NCBI GenBank assembly: GCA_016748015.1
Contig: JAAOMT010000400.1
Location: 1 to 64,000, forward strand
Direction: 5' to 3'
Source of the DNA: Geosiphon pyriformis uo1
Lineage: Eukaryota; Fungi; Glomeromycota
DNA length: 64,000 nucleotides
The translations under genes and the position numbers were made by a program. The notes below the pieces were generated by a model. It was not told the origin of the DNA. It did not search any database and saw nothing but the letters and a program-made list of their open reading frames with translations. Positions 50,336 through 63,093 of the stretch are shown in pieces. How positions within the stretch are numbered: position 1 is the stretch's first letter; every line of letters starts with the position of its first letter.

Positions 50336-53010
50336 CTATTTTCAAACCTGTTTTTTTACAGTATTTTTGCAACTCCAATACTCTAATTTGACTACAGAAT
50401 TAATTTAATATTATAAAACAAAAAAACCATAAAGCAGTTATTATTTATTTTGGCCAATTCAATCAAATTTTTTGTCAACAGAATTATTATACTCTTGGCC
50501 AAATTTTAAATCAGTTTATTAAAGGATTAAGAAACAGTATTTTTTAATCTAATAGATTCTAACATCTTAATAATTTACAAAAAACAATAATACTTACTTG
50601 TAATTTTGAATTAACAAAACAAGAAGCCAATTACATTCAAGCAATTAATTTGGCCATAAATAAAACCTTTAATATTAATACAAAGCTTATTTAATTAAGT
50701 GAAAAATTAACTCAGAAAATCAAAAAATTCTTTACCAAAAATTTAAGAGCATACCAGTTCTTATAATATTGAAAAAATAACAATACTACAAAATATTAAT
50801 TATAGCAATAATATCAACAACAACAACAATTTTAAAGACAAGATTTATGTAATTATTACTATTGTCAAAAACTTGGTCATATTACAAAAAATTATTACAA
50901 AAAACTATTAAACCAAAATTGTGAAAATTAATATTAGCAATAATTTAGATAATTACAACTTATAAGATTCTAATATTCTTTATTTTAATATTAACAATTA
51001 CAATATTTACTCTAACTATTTCAAAATTATTATCAATATTTACAAGCAATGTTACAAACATTATTTTAATATTAAGTTCTATAATATAGCAATTCAAAAC
51101 TCCAAGTCATTAACTATAATTAAAAATAGCAAAACAATAATAGAAATTAAATTCAACTTATTATAATGCTATTTTAAATTATAAATTGTACTAATTTACT
51201 ATTTTAAGCACTATTAGCAAGATATTTTAACCAAATTTTATATCTTAGTTTTACTAAAACTTAGAATCTTGGTAATATTGTATCTTTAAAAAAAAACTGC
51301 AGTTAAAACCACCAATTTTTTTTTAACAATAATTAAGTCATTTTTAATATAATTCTTTTAGCTGTAATTACTGAAAATAAAATACTTGCAGCCATATTTT
51401 TATTTAATATTAACAGTCTAAATATTTTTAATCTTTTTAGTAAAACTGCTTTTAATTAAACAAACTAATTATAGCAATATATACTAATCTTAAAATAGAA
51501 CAAATAAATATTAAATTAATACTTAATAATAAATTAGTAAGCAGCATAATTACAAAACAACTTATAAATTAATTAAATTACTAAATTGATTATTTTCCTA
51601 TTATAATTAATAAAAATATTAAAACACTAATTAAAAAAATTAATAACTTTTTTTTAACATTAATAAAATTATAATTTTTACTAAAATTTTGATAATAAAA
51701 GCAACTCAATATTAAGCTCTAGTTGATAAAAACTGGCTAATTAAAACTTGTGTTATTCTTGACTAAAATACATAAAAACTTCAGATTTTATTTAATAATT
51801 AACATATTTAAGTTCTTGTTATCTGTAAAATACTTTAAAACAGTTATTATTAAATAGTCATTCATCAAATTTGAAAAATCTGTAACTTAACCAATCTTAA
51901 AAACATACCAAATTTTTTAAATTGATAACTTTAGCACAAAATTATTATTACCATCTTCTTAGAAAAAAAAGACAAAAGAAAAGCAAAAGCCATAAATATT
52001 AACTTTTGTTTATGTATTCTTAAATTAAAGAAATCAGTTTTATTATTTTCCAAAATTGGTTTATGTAAATTACAAAAAATAATCTTTAATAAATATATGT
52101 ATAAAAAATGATGAAGTATAATTAACTGCCACCAAATATTATTATTATTTTTATATACTAAAACAATTTAAGCAATTTAAATAACAAAACAAGTAAAATT
52201 TTACATTATGCTTTGCCTATAGCAAAATCTTACTTGATAAAAAATTATGGAATGATGTTTTTAGCAAAAAAAAACATGTGACAAATTTTGTTTGTATATT
52301 ATTCTAATTAATAACTGGATTCAAAAAAAGACTCTATTTACTGTTGTTTATAATTAAGCAATAAACCAACTAGATTTATATTTTCACAATAAAGAAAAAA
52401 TTTAGAAAATAGCCATTATAAAATAGAAAAATACTATGATTAAAAAAGTATACACCATAAAAAATATTTTAGTAATTATAAAAAAAATAGATAATTTGTT
52501 TACTGATAACTTTGAAACATTCTAAAACCAATATCAAAAATTTTTCTCTATTTAAAAAAAACAAAAACAAAAACTGGCTGATTTTAATACAAGACTGTAC
52601 AATTATTATTTAATCTTTTATTATTTTCAATATTACAATAAGTGTAATTTCCTATTTAATCAATTTTTACAAATATTCTATCCTATTTTTAAACTCAAAA
52701 AACCTGAAAAAAAGTATGTATTAATAACAAAAAACATAATATTTTAAGAGTTAAATATGACTACTAAAATAAAACAATATCTTATCTATTTTAATACTAC
52801 TTTTTAATATTTAATAAATATTATATATAAAAGACTTCTATAAAAATCTGTTGTTGTTTATTTAGATGATATCAATGTATTTTCAGAAACATTTAATAAT
52901 TATTTACTTTACTTCTAACAAGTTTTTGATCATCTTTAAAACACAGAATTAAAACTTAATCTTAATAAATGCTTTTTTGAAAAAACCAAGTTCAAATTTC
53001 TAGAACATAT

Positions 53011-53835
53011 TTTTACTTATAGAAATTAAGAATTATAATAATAAGTAAAATAGCCAATCAAAAATAGGCATAGTAAAAAGAAAAATTTCAGGATTCTTCT
53101 TAGAGAATTGCAGAATTCTAAAATTCTAAAATTTTTTTCAAAAAATTGCAAAATTCTAAGAGATCTCATATAACATGAATTATATATATATAGTAAAAGT
53201 ATTAAAAGCAGAAAAAATATTTAACTCAGATAGAATAGTAATTAATAATAACTACTTATTTCTTATCTTTCTTTTAAAAGATAGTTTTCTATAACTTGAA
53301 ATAAAAATTTATCAATATCAATAAAAATATCTAATTATCATTCAATTTATGTTATTATTATTTAATTAAGAATATTAATTACTTTTCTACTATCAATATT
53401 CTATGTTAATAGAATCTAATACTTAATCATACTAAATCAATAATTCTTGATTATAACTATTAATAAGATGCTAATTTCTTATTTTTTATTTATTTATTTA
53501 TTTTTTATTTTGTTTCTTTGTTGTTTATTAATTGATTAAAAAATTAAGTGCTAAATATTTAATGTTAAGAATATCCTAATAAAAAACTTAAAAACAAGAG
53601 TAAAAATTTAAGAATAGCTTATTAAAAGAGCATAATTGTTAAAATAAGCTGGCCATTATGCTAAAAAAAAAATTCATGAAAAAAATCATCAATAAAATCT
53701 CTATTTATTATATAAAAAACTTTAACCAAAACTTTCAAATTCCAAAATCTTCAGAAATTACAACATTACTAGCTATTAAGTATCAAGTTACAGATTTATT
53801 ATTTGTTTCAACACTCCAAATAATTACTTGTAACA
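53011..53835 (+). mobile_element. Solo LTR (X-related) with TSD ATAT, inside the RT FLGHII motif
   Basis: TTTTACTTATAG...TGTAACA. ATAT at 53007-53010 and 53836-53839. Confidence 0.88.
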
Positions 53836-54882
53836 ATATTATCAGAAAAAATAAAATAAAATCAGATTTAAACAAAGTTTAAAAAGTCAAAAATTTTTCT
53901 GTTTTAATCAATTTTTATAAACTATAAGAATTATTAAAACTCACCAAATATTACTGTCATTTTATTAAAAAGTTTTTTAATATTGCCAAACTTTTCTATT
54001 ATTTGCTTTCAAAATATATGCTATATATATATATATATTAAACAGCAAAAAACTATTAATTATTTTAAGTATTAACTTATTAAAATCTTCATCTTAATAT
54101 ATTCAAATTTTAACAAACAATTTATAGTAGCCATTAATGTATTAAATGCTTTTAAAACAGTTTATCCTAAATTAAATCAGATAATAAAAAATATTCAGTT
54201 GTTTATATCAGTAAAAGCATTAATATAACCAAAAAAATATATAGTAATACAAATTTAAAATGCTTTATTATTTATTAAACTGTACAAAACTGGAAATATT
54301 ATTTTTGCCAACTATTTAATATATATACTAATCACAAAAAACCTATTTAGTTATTTAATAAATTACAATTCAAAGAAAAATATACAAAATAGAATATTTA
54401 TTTACAGCAATTTCTATACAAAATACATTATAAAAATAAAGCTAAAAATACCAATGCCAATAGCTTATTAAAAATAACTTAAATGTAATTTTATGTTAAT
54501 AGAAACAACTATTTATTAATAATAATATCAATATTTGTCAATACTTTAGTTTAAAAAAAAACTATTTTAACAGAAACAAAATACTATATAAAAACAAACT
54601 TGAAACTATCTTATTTCCAATAACTAATTATATTGTTAAGAATTTTAAAACCATATTACATTATAATAAGTTATAAAAAATAATAATAAAAAAATTGTCT
54701 TGTTCAATATACACTTTAATTCAACAGCAGAACATTTTAACAAAGATATTACTTTAGAAAAACAATTAATTTATATTATTGATTAACAATATATAAACAT
54801 ATTTTTGAATATATTCTTAATTATAACTTTTGTCAAAAAAAAAAGCCAAAATAACAGAACTACTTCAATTTATTCTAATTAA

Positions 54883-57800
54883 AGCTTTTATACAATATAT
54901 TTTAAATATTGTTAATGAGTTTTTTGATATTAATAATATTTTAATTAATAATAAAAAGATGATGGCTATTTTTATCAATCAAAATATTAAGATTGTTTTG
55001 TTAATAATTAGTGGTTTGCCAATTTTAATTGCTAAAAAAGATAAATTACACAAGTATTTTGAAATTTTTTTGTTAATTAAGAGTTTTTTTAAGTCTAGTA
55101 TGGCTTAAGCACATACAAATATCAGGTTTTTTCTAATGTAATATTGAAAAAAACAATTATAAATAAACAGTTTTCTTATTTAGTATTAATTATTTTATAG
55201 TTTATAGTTAGGTATTAATTATGATTTAGTTTTGTTTTATTAAATATGTGTTGTAAATAGGATGTAATAATCAGAAAAAATCTTAAAGCCAAGACTAGTT
55301 TGTTATAAAACTTTCTTAGTAAGACTTTGTATCATTTATTTTTGTATAGTCTAAAGTCTTTTAAGCAAGTACAGTCTAAAAAAAAATAGCTTTATTAATT
55401 GTTTTTTCTAATATATTGGGTATTCTTGAACATTTGTTTGAACATAAATTCTTGGATTTACAGGTTCTAAGATGGTTTTTTTTAAATTTTTTGCAGTTTT
55501 CTGTCAAGTTGCATATTAGTTCAGTAAACAATTTTTTGGCTGAGATAATAAAAATTTTTTTGGACAATAATTTATTTTTGGTAAACAATTTGTCTAGTAT
55601 ATTTTGTGGTCTTGGTAAGTTCTTAATATTAGATATTTTAAGAAAATTCTTGTATTATAACTCTGTTTTTTCTTTAAAGCAATTTAAAGTTGTATTTAAT
55701 AACAGATTTCTAAACAAAAAAAAGAATGTGATAAACTAGAAAATGATTTATTGATAAAAAAAATTGGATCTAAGAGGCTTTGTGTTTTATTAGTTTAAGC
55801 TAATATCTGAATTTTTGAGTATTAAGGATTTTTTGGTGGTTAATTCTGCAAATGTCAATAGATTACTTAGATTAAATGTTTTAAAATCTAGAAAGTTTTT
55901 TAATGTATAAGAAGACTTGTTTAAAATTTGATTTGGTTCTATTGAAATTTACACAAATGGTTTTTTAAAATATGCTCATTCTATTAAGATTATTAGTAAG
56001 ACAGCTGCTTATTTTTTGGCTGTAGATATGGATATTAGTATTAGAATATATGAGTTTTTGTCTTCTATAATAGCTAAACTACAGACTATTGTTTTTTTTT
56101 TGGAATGTATTCTATTTTTTTGTGCAGTAATTTTGCACTTGGACAATCAAGCTGCTATTGATATATATGTATTTAAAATTTTGTTTACTATACCAAATTT
56201 TCATAATTAGTATTAAATAAAAAGAAAACATATTGCTAATCTAATTAAATATAAAAATTTTTCTGTTAAATAGGTAAAAATTAAAAGTTATTTAAATATT
56301 TCAAACAATATTAAAACTAATGTGATAGTAAGTAAGACTATTTATTCTTCTTTTTTTTTGCCAATTGGAGTTTGAAAATAGTTCATAATGGCTGAGAAAA
56401 CAACTGTATTTGATAATATTTATTATTTTGTTTGTGATTTGTACAAGTTTATTTGTTATGTTCAATAGAAAACCAGTCTTGATTATAACATAATTTCGAA
56501 TATGCTAATTAGAAAAGTGGATTGGCTGGCTATTATAAAAGTTTGTTATTTTGATTTATATATGCTTTCTGAATTTATTAGTAAAAAATCTGTCAATTAG
56601 CACATGTATTTGATAAAGACTGTGCATAAATAGTGTTATTAATAAAATTTTAGCCCTTAAATTAGCATAAAATTACTTTTATAATTCTTATTATTAATTA
56701 ACATATATAAATATTGTTTCAATTATTACTTATTATTTAATCAAATTATTGAATATTACTAGTTAAATTAATAATCCAATTTGTATAATAAAAAATATGA
56801 TGATTAGATTACACAATATTTCGAATTATGTAATATTTAAAAATTTGCTGAAATTTGTAAAAATTTGCAAAATATCTTAATAATTTACTAAAATTATTTA
56901 TAGTTTGTAAAAAAAATTTATAGTTTATTAAAATATATTTTTAATTTGCCAAAATTATAACAAAAAGAAAAAGTTTAAGTTCATAGACTAGTATTATAAC
57001 AAGTTATATAAAAGAAGAGCTTTTTTTTTTCAAAAAAATATATCTTAATTAGAATTAATTATCTTATATACATCTTTACAAGAAAACAAATAAAAATTAA
57101 ATACTTTAAAAATCCAACTTTTTTAAATAATTATACTTGATATTTTCTGAAACCCAATTAACATTTTTGAAATTAATTAGCTACCAATTTCAGTAAATCT
57201 ATTAGTGATTTTAGACTTAAACAAAAAACGATTCTCTTAACAAAATTCTGTTTTTTTTATATTTTTTATATTTTTTTATATTTTTTTTATTATAATTAAT
57301 AAAGTAGTTTACAAACAAGATTTCTGTAAAAGAGTTAACTTTCACAGCAAAATAACTACACATTTTTAATAAGCTTCCAGATAAGCAATTCTTGAAAAAA
57401 AGTTGATATTTACTACAATATAACTATATAAAACAACTGATACAGAATTGGTTATTTTACTTATAGACCCAGCAGTTCAAATTATAAGAGATAATTTGAA
57501 AATAAATTCAGTTATTAGAGATTTAACTGCTTTTAAAAAACATGAATTTACAACAAACAGACATTAACAATATTTAAAAAAAGAAACCAAAAATTTTTCG
57601 TAACAATAACTATTAATAATAGTTAGAAAAAGATTATATAACAAAATATATCTTAATGTATTATGTTTATTATATAATAAAATAAAGTTGTCTGACTATG
57701 TTTTTACTTATATTAGAGATGATAATATTCAGAAAAAAATTTTGGCAAAAGTTTTTAAAAAAGGGGTGTTATTAATAAATATTTATTGTCTGTTTTTCTC

Positions 57801-58340
57801 TGTTGTTTTACAAACATTTTTTTAGTGTTTTTTAAATATGAATTTATATATAGTAATTTGTAAGAAATTTGTGTTAAAAAACTAGTATGCTAAGGTTGTT
57901 ATAGTTTTTAATAGGAAGATAAAAGCTGTTTCTACTTTTGTTGAATATGTAAAACATCTAATAAAATTGTATTGTACTAGAATATAATTTATAAGATCTA
58001 TATATAAAATAAATATAAAGAAAGCTAAATTGATCAAAAATAGTAATTTGGTTTTAAGTTTATCTTATAATATGATATTTATGTTATTAAATAGAATGGT
58101 TTAATTGCTTAGTAAAATAGAATCTTTTGTGATTAATTTTAGTAAATACAAACTGTGCTCTTTTTTTTTAGTTTAGGTAGAGATACATATATTAGTATAG
58201 ATGTTTAGTATTGCTTTATCTGATCTAAATGGCTAGTCATATATATTAAAAACATGAACTGTATTTAGTTTAAGCCACTTAGTTTGGTTTAATATACTAG
58301 ATAACAGTTAAATTTTATTTGTTAAATATTAATAAAAAAA
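54883..58340 (+). mobile_element. LINE copy D (RT end, RNase H, 3' UTR, poly-A), 5' part absent, containing a solo LTR
   Basis: QYILNIVNEFFDINNILINNKK aligns to copy C at 16590. IEIYTNG at 55940 and HLDNQAA. AATAAAAAAA at 58331-58340. Confidence 0.88.
56634..57605 (+). mobile_element. Solo LTR family Y with TSD ATAG/ATAA
   Basis: TGTTA...TAACA. Removing it restores LINE VHK-LLIIVRKRLY. Confidence 0.88.
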
Positions 58341-58926
58341 TATATTTAATAAATTATTAGATATATTTATTAAAAACAATATGATTGTTTAGTTTTTGTA
58401 TAAGATTAAAGTGTCTGCTAATTTGTATATATTACTGATTAAAGACTTTATATTAAAAAGTTGAATGATTAATATAGTAAACTGTTTAAGTACTGGATTT
58501 AATAGTAGTGTATTGGTTATTAAACTAGTCTGTAGTTTTGCTGAAGGTTACAGGTTTGCCATTTGGCTACTAATTATTAGGTTAAGATCTTATTATAACA
58601 AGCATAATCTTTTGTCATATAATAAATCTAATGTTTTTTTGGTTTCTGGTTTGTTATTCTTGTGGTTTCCTAAATTAATTTGCAGTTTTAGTATTAGATT
58701 AGGTATTTATGTTTATTATGATTACACTTTTATATATTTAGGTTGAGTTTTGGTTTTTTGAAAAATGTTTCTTTGATGAATAATTTTGGTATATAGTACT
58801 GTTTTAATTGGTCTGAATAGTTGGTCATGTATAGAAAAAGCATAAGTTATGCTTAATTTAGAATCTTGTTTAATTTTACATTTTTAAATAATAATTGGGC
58901 TGTACTTATAAAACAATAAAAAAAAA
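58341..58926 (+). mobile_element. 5'-truncated LINE 3' end, copy E
   Basis: ORF2 C-terminal remnant (SFAEGYRFAIW...LGI), 3' UTR hairpin motif at ~58805, and CTTATAAAACAATAAAAAAAAA tail. Confidence 0.8.
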
Positions 58927-59756
58927 TGTATTTTTATTTACAAAAAAAAATATCTATTTTATTATTTAATATTTTTATTTATTAAAAATTATTATTATTT
59001 TTTTTTTGTAATAATAATATGGTCATTGTTTTTTTTTGATTCGTAAACCATTTTTTAAGAATAAAAATTCTCAAAATTTTTTTAGGATTTCAAGTTTATA
59101 TGCATCATCAAATCATAACATTTAGTGATAATAATAATAATAATAATAATAATAATATCAAATGTTTTTTAGGATAAAAAAAAAACTTTATAAAAAAAAA
59201 AAAAATAGTTTCATTATGTAAAAATTTGAAAAAGGGTTCTTTTTTATGATAAAAAATCCGGATAAACTGACATTTTATCATTATACTTGATATATATAAA
59301 TATAAAAATTTGTATATATATATAAACTTGTATAAATAAATTTGTATGTATAAGATTTTTGTATGTATAAAATTTGTATAAAGTATTTATTTATTTGGTT
59401 ATTTATCTATTTATGGATATATTTATTTATGTATAAATTGGGTTTTCATTTTATTCGTAAAACAAAAAATATATATATATATAAAAAACCAAAAAAAAAA
59501 ACCGGCAGGATTCGTTTAATTCGGCTTTTTATGAGTTAAAAATCCGGGACCATTCGTAATCAAAAATTTTCTTGGCGATATGGATTTTTCGATCGAATAT
59601 AGCTGGTACTACGATAGGGTAACCCAGTCAACAAAGGAAAAAGCAAGCAGGTATTTTTTTTCACCCGATCAAAAAAGTCTTGGCAAAAATTATATGTAGA
59701 GTACATGTAGGAATGGTCGTATTATTATTAAAATTAAAATTAAACTCATATCAAAA

Positions 59757-59832
<76 letters not shown>
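59757..59832. repeat. (ATT)n microsatellite
   Basis: About 25 perfect units. Confidence 0.97.
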
Positions 59833-59835
<3 letters not shown>

Positions 59836-59967
59836 GTGGAAATCTGATATTATATTGAAAAATGAATAGAAAATGAGTGATTTGGGATTTTCTAAAGAAA
59901 ATTCTTTTCGAACGAAAGAGTCCAAAGATGAATTGATGAAAGAAACAATGAAAAAACCAAAAACCAG

Positions 59968-59998
59968 AAAAAAAAAAANNNNNNNNNNNNNNNNNNNN

Positions 59999-60028
<30 letters not shown>
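59968..60028. other. Poly-A tract containing a 20-N assembly gap
   Basis: N at 59979-59998, flanked by A runs. Confidence 0.98.
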
Positions 60029-60030
<2 letters not shown>

Positions 60031-60461
60031 CTTGGCACTTTTGAAAGTTCCACGAACTGATTTAATTTGATCGTCGCTTAGTAAAATATTTAGAGTAACC
60101 AAAAGAATACGCAATGGGTTTTTTTATATATTGGATTAATATATGTTCATTTCTATTTCTCCTGCATAGACTCTAATATTTAGAAAAATATACTGTGAAA
60201 TTCTTGGCATTTCCTTTTTCTTATTCCCCAATCCAAGTTTCGAAATCAAGAATCAGATTCAGAATTAGATTCATCAAATATATTTAGAATTATGAACCGG
60301 ATTTATTTTATCTAAATAAAAAATATGTATAAGAGGAAAATATTTACTCAATTTCAAATTAAAATTAATTTTGAAAATAGAAATAATTTTTGGTTTTTTA
60401 ATTTACAGATTTTTCAACACAAAAATTCTAATTCAAATTTTGTAAATATTCACCTAAATTT

Positions 60462-60495
60462 CTAAATTACATTTCCGTTTATTTTCAGATCAATC

Positions 60496-60544
<49 letters not shown>

Positions 60545-61511
60545 TAATATTAATACTATTATTATTATTTTCAAGAGTAACTGGTTCAACAACTGAATGT
60601 CCACTCCAATCGCGAATATTTGTAAAGCCCAAAATTATCAAAAAAATCAATTCAGGTATAGCTTCGAATACGTAAAAGATCCATTTCTCATGATTAACAC
60701 GATCAGTAATTGAGGAAAACGCTGAAATAACTTTATAAACCATTTCCAATAAGAGTAAAGAAGCGCTAATATATAAAACGGCGATGGTAAATGGTTTTCC
60801 ATTGGTGGTAATTTTTTGACGATATTTGATGGCATAATATGTTATCATGAATAAAAGGATTGCTATTATTGTGGTGAAAAGTAAATTTGATAATCTTCGT
60901 AATATGATTCCAACATGAAAAGCTTGAGATTTTGGATCGAATTTGAATTCGTTCACTGAACCAACTATTCCGATAATTGAAGCGAGCATTAGGACCATAA
61001 TTCTTGTGATGGTCATTTTGAATTGAGTAGAGTTGAAAAATAGTTGATGGTGAATAGTATTCACGTTGATAATTTTATGATTTTTGATCAAATTTGATAT
61101 ACTAGTCACCGTATTATTGGTTGTCATTGTTGTAATCAAGGGATTAATCGAATTCGAGAGTAAAAGATAAAGCGCTTCACAAGCAAGAAAAAAAGTAGCA
61201 GCGAACAAAGCACTACTTGAAATTGCCAAATTTTCAGAGTTTGGTTTCCGAGACCAAGCGAGCCTTAATGTAAATGCTAATGTTCGAAAAAATGCGAATA
61301 AGGTCAAATAAAGACATGGTAATCGTTTCGATTTTAGAAATCGATAAAAATGTAATAAAATTAAAAGTGTGAAAAGTATGGTAAATGTTGTTGTAACTTC
61401 AAAGGTTGGCGATTTTAAGGCAAGGTAAGCTTCCCTTGATATCGATTTTGGGGTGTTGTTGGTAGTATATGTTGAAAATTGTGGTAATAATAATGTTGAT
61501 GTTGATAATGG

Positions 61512-61542
<31 letters not shown>

Positions 61543-61622
61543 AATGTTGATGATGATGACGATGTCGTTGTTGCTGTGATTATTGTGTTTGATATATCAC
61601 TCATTTTTCGTAATTGATTCAT
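60462..61622 (-). CDS. RTA1/RSB1-like multi-pass (about 7 TM) membrane protein
   Basis: Intact 386-aa ORF with about 7 hydrophobic helices. HEKWIFYVFEAIPE resembles the RTA1 C-terminal signature (HEWxFYxFDAxPM). Poly-S N-terminus and poly-N C-terminus come from triplet repeats. Confidence 0.82.
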
Positions 61623-61895
61623 TGGGTTTGTTGTTTGTTTTTTTGTCGTTTGGAGTGTGTTTTTGACCCAGTTCTCTGAGAACGTTATGAACTTTTTTCG
61701 CTTAACAGACCAAAAGGCAAGAATGTGGGAAGATAAAAAGAAGGAAAAAAAAGGGGGAAGAAAAAATTACAAGTTTAAATAGTGTTTAAAATAAGAAATG
61801 GCTAAAATTTCCACCTTTAAGTCGTCGTCTTCCTCGTCGTAATATAAAAATGTAAAAATTGTTTTAGTAAATATTGGTAGAGAAAGGTTTTTAAA

Positions 61896-61928
<33 letters not shown>
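61896..61928. repeat. (TG)n microsatellite
   Basis: Seen directly, upstream of the RTA1-like gene. Confidence 0.95.
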
Positions 61929-61929
<1 letters not shown>

Positions 61930-62624
61930 AAAAGAAATTGGTTGTTTTGCTAAAGAAAGCCCTTTTTGTTTTGAGAAAGAAAAAAGAATTGTAAAACTGT
62001 TAATACCATTCAATTTATACTAGACTCTGAATCTAACTTTAATAGACCTTTGCCAATGTTAAAATTTAGTGATGCCATTTGCTGCACACATACTGTTAAC
62101 AACAAACACAGGCTATCAAATAATTGCTAAAAATTGAACCAAGCTTCTTCCTTTTCCGGTGTAGATAAATAAATCTTTTTCACTTGGCACATTTGGTGTT
62201 ACCCATCCTGAAACTATTTCAAACCAGATTTTGATGAGGATCGAATAAATTGAATGATTGATTGAATGATTGATTGATGGGATTAATTAATTGGATGGGG
62301 ATTAAACAGAATTGGATCGATTGAAATTATAAATGAAATTAATTATTAATTTATTAAAATAAATAAATAAATAAGAATAAGAATTTTTAACGAAAAAAAG
62401 CCAAGATAAAAAAATATTCTTTTTTGGTTTGGTTATCCAGGTTCACTTTTTACGATTATAAAAATTTCTAGATTTTTTTTATTTTTATTTTTATTTTTAT
62501 TGATCGAATCAAAATTTTTTGCGATACCACATGCATTTCTTTAATTTTTCCACCATTGATCGCTTAGTTTGCCAAGAAATAACAATTTTTTTTAACAATG
62601 CGGTCAGTGACGTAAGTTTGCACG

Positions 62625-62715
62625 AAGAGGAGGAGGAGAAGGGGGAGAAGAAGGAGGAGAAGGGGGAGGAGGAGGAGGAGGAGGAGGAGAAAGAGGAGGA
62701 TGATGATGATGATGG
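62625..62715. repeat. Purine-rich (GAG)n/(GAT)n tract
   Basis: Seen directly. Confidence 0.85.
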
Positions 62716-62809
62716 GTAGGTTGTGAAGTTATAGATAAAGTATATTTTATTAGTGAAACTTTTTGATTTTAAATCGAATAGCGATTTTGATAGATATAGA
62801 CATATATAC

Positions 62810-63093
62810 ATAGATATATAGATATATAGATAGATATAGATAGATATAGATATAGATATAGATATAGATACAGATATAGATATAGATATAGATATAGATA
62901 TAGATATAGATATAGATATAGATACAGATACAGATACAGATACAGATACAGATACAGATACAGATACAGATACAGATACAGATACAGATACAGATACAGA
63001 TACAGATACAGATACAGATACAGATACAGATACAGATACAGATACAGATACAGATACAGATATAGATACAGATACAGATACAGATACAGATAG
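62810..63093. repeat. (GATATA)n/(GATACA)n compound hexanucleotide microsatellite
   Basis: About 40 hexamer units. Confidence 0.97.

Larger units (their letters stand above)
46614..54882 (+). mobile_element. Decayed gypsy element W (5' LTR, PBS, gag, PR, Cys-rich insert, partial RT/RH/IN) carrying three solo LTRs; 3' end lost
   Basis: LTR 46614-47642 and decayed PBS TGGTACTTTCTATAAAGT (47645). QILNQFIKGL ~50500, knuckle ~50850, protease ~51510, VVYLDDINVF 52853-52882. Integrase Zn region ends abruptly at ~54882. Confidence 0.82.

Noticed and set aside
59830-60114. Poly-K and poly-F ORFs
   Set aside because: They span a poly-A tract and an N gap.
62509-62811. Poly-S and poly-E ORFs on opposite strands
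   Set aside because: Low-complexity GAG/GAT tract with no other coding evidence.
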